Shown: piece by piece, positions 57,958-64,000 of the stretch
Numbering within the stretch: position 1 is the stretch's first letter
How the letters are laid out: each line of letters opens with the position of its first letter
From: Chloroflexota bacterium
GTDB taxonomy: Bacteria; Chloroflexota; Dehalococcoidia; UBA2979
Direction of reading: 5' to 3'
Length of the DNA stretch: 64,000 bases
NCBI GenBank assembly: GCA_045863195.1
Contig: BTUI01000010.1
Location: forward strand, 15,851-79,850
Position numbers and translations under genes: made by a program
Notes under the pieces: model-generated
Told to the model about the DNA's origin: nothing
The model's database searches: none
Seen by the model: the letters and a program-made list of their open reading frames with translations, nothing else

Positions 57958-58371
57958 TCACGCCGGTCGGAAGACGGGGATCGGGTACTCCCCGGAGTCC
58001 TGCGGCTCGAAGACCACCTGCACGCGCATGCCGATCTTCACGTCCTTCGTGGGGTCGCCCACGCCGGTGATGCCGCTCAGCATCCGGAAGCCCTCGTCCA
58101 GGTCGATGTAGGCCACGGCGTACGCGCCGAGGTCGGCGAAGGCAGGGCTGCGGTTCTGGCGCACCACGGAGTAGGTGTAGACGGTGCCCAGCCCCTTCGA
58201 CACGCGGGTCGCGAGGCGGGTGGAGCCGCAGGCCGTGCAGTGCGAGCGCGGCGTGAAGACCACGCCGTTGCACGCCTCGCACACCTGGTAGCGGAGTTCG
58301 TTCGCCTTCGCGCCGTCCCAGAAGGCCTGCGTGTCGTGTTCCGGGAAGACGGGCTGCAGTCGGTTGGCCAT
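57958..58371 (-). CDS. DUF35 Zn-ribbon/OB-fold protein
   Basis: AFWDGA, CEAC..PR..CTAC, GTVYTYSV, IGMRV. Confidence 0.88.
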   Translation of the reverse strand: MANRLQPVFPEHDTQAFWDGAKANELRYQVCEACNGVVFTPRSHCTACGSTRLATRVSKGLGTVYTYSVVRQNRSPAFADLGAYAVAYIDLDEGFRMLSGITGVGDPTKDVKIGMRVQVVFEPQDSGEYPIPVFRPA

Positions 58372-58399
58372 GTTCGGATTCCCTTCGGTCGGTGGTGCG

Positions 58400-59587
58400 T
58401 TAGTCGGCGGCGAGGATGACGGTGCCGCCGGCGTGGGTGGCGCCCAGGAGGCCACCGTTGCCGTGAGCGACCGCCAGCTTCGCGCCGGGCACCTGGCTGG
58501 TGGACTCGCCGCGCAACTGCCGCGCGGACTCCAGCAGCAGGAAGATGCCGCGCATGCCGGGGTGGTTGGAGGAGAGACCGCCGCCGTCCGTGTTCAGCGC
58601 CGGGCCGCCGGGCGTGTCCCAGCGCAGCCGGCCGCCCTGCACGTATGACCCCGCCTCGCCCTTCTTGCAGAAGCCGAGGTCCTCCAGCATCACCGCGACC
58701 GTGATCGTGAAGGAGTCGTAGATCATCGCGATGTCGATTTCGCCGGGCGTCACGCCCGCCTGCCCGAATGCGACCGGGGCGCTCTGCGCGGCCGCGCTGG
58801 TCGTGATGTCGTTCTGGTTCGTCTTGTACGCGGTGGCCTCGCCGGCGCCGATGAGCCAGACGGGCTTCTTCTTCGTCCCCTTCGCCACGTCCTTGCTCGC
58901 GATCACGATCGCACCGCCGCCGTCCGAGACCATGCAGCACTCCAGGAGGTGGAGCGGGTCGGCCAGCATGCGCGACTGCACCACGTCATCCACGGTGATC
59001 TCGCGGATATCGGCGAAGTTCAGGTCCTGCATCGCCTGCACGGCCTGAGGGTTACGCATCGCGTGCGCCCGCGTGGCGACGGAGATCTCCGCGAGCTGCG
59101 CGGTGGTCGTGCCGTACTCGTGCATATGCCGGTGCGCGACCATCGCGTAGTTGGAGATCAGCGTGACGCCGTACGGGTTCTCCATGTTCGACTGCCACGA
59201 GCCGCCGGCCCTCGGGCCGCCGGTGCCGATGGGGATGCGCTGGCTCGCGGCCTTCGAGCCATACGAGAGCACGGCCACGTTGCAGCGGCCCGCCGCGATG
59301 TCTCGCATCGCGTGCGCGGCGTGGAACTCGTAGGAGGAGCCACCCACCATGGTGGTGTCGATCACCTTCGGCTTGATGCCGAGGTAGGGCGCCAGGCCCA
59401 GGCCGCCGCCGCCTTCGCCCTCACCGGCGTCGTAGAGGCCGTCCACGTCCGCCCAGGAGAGCCCTGCGTCCTCCAGCGCCTTGCCGATCGACTGCGCCTT
59501 GATCTGGAGCGCCGAGACGCCCGGGTCCAGCCGCTTCGGCCATTCGTAGATGCCGACGATTGCGGCGTCCCGTTGCTGTGTCGCCAC
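58400..59587 (-). CDS. SCP2-type thiolase-like protein (nucleophile position Ser)
   Basis: VGGSS, ECCMVSDGGGA, IYDSFT, NTDGGGLSSNHPG. Confidence 0.87.
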   Translation of the reverse strand: MATQQRDAAIVGIYEWPKRLDPGVSALQIKAQSIGKALEDAGLSWADVDGLYDAGEGEGGGGLGLAPYLGIKPKVIDTTMVGGSSYEFHAAHAMRDIAAGRCNVAVLSYGSKAASQRIPIGTGGPRAGGSWQSNMENPYGVTLISNYAMVAHRHMHEYGTTTAQLAEISVATRAHAMRNPQAVQAMQDLNFADIREITVDDVVQSRMLADPLHLLECCMVSDGGGAIVIASKDVAKGTKKKPVWLIGAGEATAYKTNQNDITTSAAAQSAPVAFGQAGVTPGEIDIAMIYDSFTITVAVMLEDLGFCKKGEAGSYVQGGRLRWDTPGGPALNTDGGGLSSNHPGMRGIFLLLESARQLRGESTSQVPGAKLAVAHGNGGLLGATHAGGTVILAAD

Positions 59588-59679
59588 GCTGCACCTCCCC
59601 CGACGGCTCCCCCGGGCACCCGGTGCCCGGCAACACGGCCGTCATTGCGGGCGGAATGTAGCGCGGATATCGTCGCGGC

Positions 59680-60300
59680 GTGCGCATCGCCGTCATTTCC
59701 GACACCCACCTGCCGTCACTCATCCGCACCCCGGACGAACTGGGGCCGCAGCTGGCCGCCTTCCTGGCCGGCGCCGACCTGATCCTCCACGGCGGGGACG
59801 TGGTGCGGCCCTCCGTCCTCGACTGGTGTGAGCAATTCGCGCCGCTCCTCGTCGCGCGCGGGAACAACGACGTGTTCGACGACCGGCGGATGGCGGAGCG
59901 TCAGATCGTGGACATCGAGGGCTGGCGCATCGGGATGGTCCACGAACTGCGCCCGGAGGAGCGCCCGGTCTCCGTGCTGGTGGAGGAGGCGCTGGGCGGG
60001 GAGCGGGTGGACATCCTGATCGGCGGCGACACGCACATCGAGCGGCTGGAGTACCGGGACGGCGTGGTGGTGCTGAACCCCGGCTCGCCCACGCTGCCGC
60101 ATCACCGCGAATTCCGCCTGGGCGCCGCGGCGCTCCTCGAGATCACGCGCGACCGCCTGCACGCCGAGATCGTCGCCCTCGGCCACTCGGCGGATGCGGT
60201 GAATCCGACGGTGCCGCGCCACTTCGAGATCATCGAGCGGCGGATCGTCGCCGCCTCGCACAACGGCGAGCGGCTCCCGCTGGAGGGTGCCGCGGGCTGA
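59680..60300 (+). CDS. YfcE-like metallophosphoesterase
   Basis: ISDTH, HGGD, RGNND, GDTH, NPGS. Confidence 0.85.
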   Translation: MRIAVISDTHLPSLIRTPDELGPQLAAFLAGADLILHGGDVVRPSVLDWCEQFAPLLVARGNNDVFDDRRMAERQIVDIEGWRIGMVHELRPEERPVSVLVEEALGGERVDILIGGDTHIERLEYRDGVVVLNPGSPTLPHHREFRLGAAALLEITRDRLHAEIVALGHSADAVNPTVPRHFEIIERRIVAASHNGERLPLEGAAG

Positions 60301-60302
60301 CG

Positions 60303-60830
60303 TCAGTCCCGCGCCAGCTCCCAGCGCTCCAGCACCTCGTACACCTCGCCCTGGAGTTCGCGGTACTCGACCGCCGCGATCGCGTACGGCTCGTCGAGCG
60401 CGAGCGCGGCACGGGCCGCGGCGACCACGTCCGGTGAGGCGGTGGCGGCGTTGCGGAGGCAGGACACGTGCCACGGCCAGGGGCGGAGCACGGGGAACCG
60501 CGCGTGCGCCCCATCGAACAGCCGCTCGCGCGCCGCGTCCAGCGCCTCGTGCGCCAGCACCTCCACGTACAGCGTCTCGGTCCCGCCGGAGAAGCGGTGG
60601 ACGCCACCGAGGTGGACCGGGACGGCGGCGGGGAACGCGTGCACGACCTGCCGTGCGAGGGCGTCCCGCGCCTCGCGTGAGTCATCGTGCGGTGGGTCGT
60701 AGCAGAGCGTGACGTGGGGCGGATAGCGCCGTGCCTGCGCGGGGTCGTGGACCAGCCGCCACGCCTGGATGCGCTCGCCCGCGGCGCCCTCGATCGGCGC
60801 GATCAGAATCCGCCGGCCCTGCTCGCTCAT
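60303..60830 (-). CDS. 2H phosphoesterase (2'-5' RNA ligase family)
   Basis: PHVTL and WHVS motifs. GGAGG RBS. Confidence 0.75.
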   Translation of the reverse strand: MSEQGRRILIAPIEGAAGERIQAWRLVHDPAQARRYPPHVTLCYDPPHDDSREARDALARQVVHAFPAAVPVHLGGVHRFSGGTETLYVEVLAHEALDAARERLFDGAHARFPVLRPWPWHVSCLRNAATASPDVVAAARAALALDEPYAIAAVEYRELQGEVYEVLERWELARD

Positions 60831-60886
60831 GACACCTCCCGAGGACTCGTCGAGGTGCATCGTCACGCCCGTCCGTTAGGAACGCG

Positions 60887-62218
60887 TCAGGGCAGCCGGC
60901 CCGCGCGGTCGAGGAACGCGTCCACGATGCCGGCGAGGCCGGGCTCCTCCGTGTCGCCGTAGTCGTACCGCGCGCGGATTACCGGCACCGGCACGTCCAG
61001 CAGCGCGGCGAGGTCGATCGGCGTCCCCGACACCACGAGGTCGACCGGAGCGGTGGTGATGCTCGCCTGCAGCGCCGCAATCTGCTCCTCGCCGTAGCCG
61101 AGCGCCGGCAGGACGTTCCCGATGTGCGGGTAGGTCTCCAGCGCCTCCCGGATCGCCGGCGCGGCGTGCGGCCGCGGGTCGATGATCTGCGCCCCCGCCT
61201 CGGTCGCCGCGGCGTAGCCGGCGCCGTGCGACATGCCGCCGTGCGTGAGCGTGGGGCCGTCGTCCACCACCAGCACGCGTCGGCCGCGCACCGCCTCGGG
61301 ATCGTCGAGGCGCACGAGGGAGGCACCGCGGACGATCGGCGCGGTGGGGTTCAGCCGGCGCGCCTCCGCCTCGGCCGTCGCGACCTGCTCCGGCGTCGCG
61401 GCGTTGGACTTCGCGACGACCACGACGTCCGCCATGCGCAGCACCGCCTCGCCGGGGTGGTGGCGCGCGGCGTCCAGCGGGCGGAGCGCGTCCGTCAGCG
61501 CGATGTGCAGGTCGGGGCGCAGGAACGGGAAGTCGTTGTTGCCGCCGTCCCAGATGATGACGTCTGCCTCGCGCTCCGCCAGCGCGAGGATCGCGGCGTA
61601 GTCCACGCCGGCGAACACCACCGTCCCCGCCTCGATGTGCGGCTCGTACTCCTCGCGCTCCTCGATCGTGCAGTCCGCCGCCTCGAGGTCCTCGCGGGTG
61701 GCGAGGCGCTGTACACGCTGCCGTTCGAGGTCGCCGTACGGCATCGGGTGGCGGAGCGCGGCGACGCGCAGGCCGCGCGAGCGGAGGCGGCGGCTGATCC
61801 AGCGCGAAGTCTGCGACTTCCCGGTGCCGGTGCGTACGGCGGAGACCGCGATGACCGGGACGCGGGCCGTGAGCATCGTGCTCGCGGGGCCCAGCAGGGA
61901 GAAGTCGGCCCCCGCTGCGAGGGCGCGCGAGGCGGCGTGCATCACCGTCTCGTGCGTGACGTCGCTGTACGCGAACACCACCTCGTCCACGCGTTCCGCA
62001 GCGCAGATCGCCTCCAGGCGCGCTTCGTCCTCGATCGGGATGCCGGAGGGGTACAGCGGCCCGGCGAGCGACGCCGGATAGCGCCGGTTGGCGATGCCGG
62101 GGATCTGCGTCGCGGTGAAGGCGACCACCTCGCAGGCGTCGTCGTTGCGGAAGACGGCGTTGAAGTTGTGGAAGTCCCGGCCCGCCGCGCCCATGATCAC
62201 CACGCGTCGACGGTCCAT
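60887..62218 (-). CDS. COG2403 P-loop protein (cyclic 2,3-DPG synthetase/arginine synthetase-like)
   Basis: MGAAGRDFHNFN, AVRTGTGKS, RHPMPYG, TIEEREEYE, WDGGNND, DGPTLTHGGM. Confidence 0.85.
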   Translation of the reverse strand: MDRRRVVIMGAAGRDFHNFNAVFRNDDACEVVAFTATQIPGIANRRYPASLAGPLYPSGIPIEDEARLEAICAAERVDEVVFAYSDVTHETVMHAASRALAAGADFSLLGPASTMLTARVPVIAVSAVRTGTGKSQTSRWISRRLRSRGLRVAALRHPMPYGDLERQRVQRLATREDLEAADCTIEEREEYEPHIEAGTVVFAGVDYAAILALAEREADVIIWDGGNNDFPFLRPDLHIALTDALRPLDAARHHPGEAVLRMADVVVVAKSNAATPEQVATAEAEARRLNPTAPIVRGASLVRLDDPEAVRGRRVLVVDDGPTLTHGGMSHGAGYAAATEAGAQIIDPRPHAAPAIREALETYPHIGNVLPALGYGEEQIAALQASITTAPVDLVVSGTPIDLAALLDVPVPVIRARYDYGDTEEPGLAGIVDAFLDRAGRLP

Positions 62219-62232
62219 GCGGGGGCCTTCCT

Positions 62233-62823
62233 CTAGGGCGTCTCGTCCGCCTCGAGCGCGCAGATCGCGTCCAGCCCACGATACCGGCGTCCGCTGTCCA
62301 TGCCGAAGCCCACAAGCCAGCAGTCGTCCGCGGTACGGAAGGCGAAGAAGTCCGGCTCGATCGCGGCGGCGCGGCGTTGAGGCTTGTCGATCAGCACGCA
62401 CACCCGCACCGGCGTCAGCCCTCGGTCGGCGAGCATGTGGACGAGGGCGGACATCGTGGTGCCGGTGTCCAGCAGGTCGTCGACGAGCAGGACCGGGGCG
62501 CCCGGGTCAATGGCGCGGTCGAAGCGCTCCGGGAAGTCGATCGCCGGCTCCGTCAACACCCCGTCCCCGGCGTAACTGGACGCGAAGATCGGCGCGATCA
62601 GCCACTTGCCCGGGGCGATCCGCTCGAGGGCGGCGCTGAGCGCGGCGGCGATGTGCAGCCCGCCGGTCAGCACCGGCACCAGGTTCACCGCCGGCGCGTC
62701 CTCGAACGCCTCGGCGATGCGGTGTGCCAGGCCGTCCACGCCGGCGCGGACCTCGTCCGTGCTCCAGAGCACGCGCAGGTGCGGCGCGGCGGGCGTCTCG
62801 GCGGGGCGGAGGTCGGTGCTCAC
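62233..62823 (-). CDS. Hypoxanthine phosphoribosyltransferase-like protein
   Basis: VLTGG, SSY, LVDDLLDTGTT, LIDK, VGFGMD..YRGL. Confidence 0.8.
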   Translation of the reverse strand: MSTDLRPAETPAAPHLRVLWSTDEVRAGVDGLAHRIAEAFEDAPAVNLVPVLTGGLHIAAALSAALERIAPGKWLIAPIFASSYAGDGVLTEPAIDFPERFDRAIDPGAPVLLVDDLLDTGTTMSALVHMLADRGLTPVRVCVLIDKPQRRAAAIEPDFFAFRTADDCWLVGFGMDSGRRYRGLDAICALEADETP

Positions 62824-62871
62824 GGGCGGCTCCTCACCGGTGGCGGCATTGTAGGCGCATCGTCAGCCACG

Positions 62872-63825
62872 TCATTCGCGCCAGAAGGCGCGCCCCAGCG
62901 CGCCCGGCGGTTCGCCCTGGAACAGCCGCCCGAAGGCGCGCGAGCGCGCCGCCAGCCGGCGGATCTCGGGGCGGTTCACCAGCACCAGCGTCATGATCAT
63001 CAGCGGGAACGGCATGATCGGCAGCACCTGGGAAAGGTTCGGGAACGCCGGCTGCAGTTTCAGCGCCAGGACCTGCAGCAGGCCGAAGAGGTAGCACCCG
63101 AGGGCGGCCCGGCCGGGGTGCCAGCCACCGAAGATCACGATGGCGAGCGCGATCCAGCCGTAGTTCGCGATGTGGCCGTCCGACCACCCCGCCTTCACGT
63201 CCAGCGAGAACGCCGCGCCACCGATCCCCACGAGCGCGCCGCCGAGCACGGTGTACAGGTAACGCAGCCGGTTGACCGGGATGCCCCGGGCGAAGGCCGC
63301 CTCCGGCCGCTCGCCCACGGCCTGCAACTCCAGCCCTCGACGCGTATTGAACAGGAACCACATCGAGAGGCCGATGAGGATGAACGAGGCGTAGACGAGC
63401 GGGTTCTGCGCGAACAGGATCGTCCCGACCACCGGGAGTTCCGAGAGCCCGGGGATGTGCCACGAGCCGACGAACGGGCCGGGTTTGCGGACGTAGTCCT
63501 GCCCGAGGAAGGCGGAGAGGTTCGCCGCGAGCAGCGTGAGCACGAAGCCCACCGCCACCTGGTTCAGGCGCAGCTCGATGCTCGCGAAGGCGACGATGAG
63601 CGCGATGAACGCGGAGACGGCGGCGGCGGCGAGGAAGCCGAGCGTGACGCTGCCGGTCGTGAACGCGACGGCGAAGCCGACCATCGCGGACAGCAGCATG
63701 CTGCCGTCCAGCGAGAGGTTCACCACGCCGGCCTTCTCCGTGATCGTCTCGCCGATGACGGCGAACACCAGCGGCGAGGCGGCGGCGATGATCGTCGCGA
63801 TCGTGGCGGCGGAGATATCAGGCAC
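62872..63825 (-). CDS. Nucleoside/sugar-type ABC permease
   Basis: GETITEKAGVVNLSLDG, AVGERPEAA, GWIALAIVIFGGW.P. Confidence 0.88.
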   Translation of the reverse strand: MPDISAATIATIIAAASPLVFAVIGETITEKAGVVNLSLDGSMLLSAMVGFAVAFTTGSVTLGFLAAAAVSAFIALIVAFASIELRLNQVAVGFVLTLLAANLSAFLGQDYVRKPGPFVGSWHIPGLSELPVVGTILFAQNPLVYASFILIGLSMWFLFNTRRGLELQAVGERPEAAFARGIPVNRLRYLYTVLGGALVGIGGAAFSLDVKAGWSDGHIANYGWIALAIVIFGGWHPGRAALGCYLFGLLQVLALKLQPAFPNLSQVLPIMPFPLMIMTLVLVNRPEIRRLAARSRAFGRLFQGEPPGALGRAFWRE

Positions 63826-64000
63826 GGTCCGCCGCCTCGCGCTCGCGCTCGTGGAGCGCCTGCCAGCCGCTCGCCAGTAGGACCGCCAGCACCAGCGCGC
63901 CCTGGAACACGCCGCCGAGCGAGGAGTGCAGCCCGAGGCGCAACTGCAACTGCACGCCGCCGGCGGCGATGATCGCGAAGAAGAACGCGATCGGTGCGGT
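63818..64000 (-). CDS. Second ABC permease, C-terminal fragment
   Basis: Open frame TAPIAFFFAIIAAGGVQLQ..VFQGALVL..*, overlapping the next start. Confidence 0.7.
   Translation of the reverse strand, partial: TAPIAFFFAIIAAGGVQLQLRLGLHSSLGGVFQGALVLAVLLASGWQALHEREREAADRA

Noticed and set aside
1-64000. Many long antisense or alternate-frame ORFs (e.g. 6493-8247 -, 30455-32290 +, 49021-51021 +, 51064-53628 +)
   Set aside because: Shadows of real genes in high-GC DNA: Arg/Pro/Gly-rich, no motifs, fully overlapping well-supported CDSs.
1-64000. CRISPR arrays, tRNA/rRNA, IS elements, integrases, defence genes
   Set aside because: No regularly spaced repeats, cloverleafs or transposase/integrase motifs seen by eye. 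Dedicated scans were not run.

Overview
High-GC bacterial chromosomal window, densely coding. Protein style, the many lipoproteins and a Tat-exported clade II NosZ suggest Chloroflexota/Dehalococcoidia (inference). Blocks in order: (1) C-P lyase cluster phnC'-E-D, phnGHIJKLM plus an MBL hydrolase, facing a convergent FmdB/hexapeptide acetyltransferase/EEP operon; (2) nitrous-oxide reductase operon cytc-nosZ-nosL-[nosB/nosD fusion]-nosF-nosY-rrf2; (3) catabolic and transport genes (five MFS, SDR, hydrolases, peptidases); (4) two copper-handling operons (sco-pcuAC; three-repeat His lipoprotein-copC-copCD/cyt c), each headed by a small His-rich membrane ORF ending in PPPR whose 3' end carries an anti-SD for the next gene; (5) a DUF4242/flavoprotein/ABC operon with an IscR/CymR-like operator; (6) two thiolase-like/DUF35 pairs, a DEAD-box helicase with a long structured leader, a COG2403 protein, an HPRT-like gene and a nucleoside-type ABC transporter. 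Best leads: a PhnJ with only 1 of 4 essential cysteines, the PPPR leader/anti-SD switches, the novel three-repeat His lipoproteins and the NosB-NosD fusion. No rRNA, tRNA, CRISPR or mobile element was recognised. All calls come from reading motifs by eye; no database searches were run.
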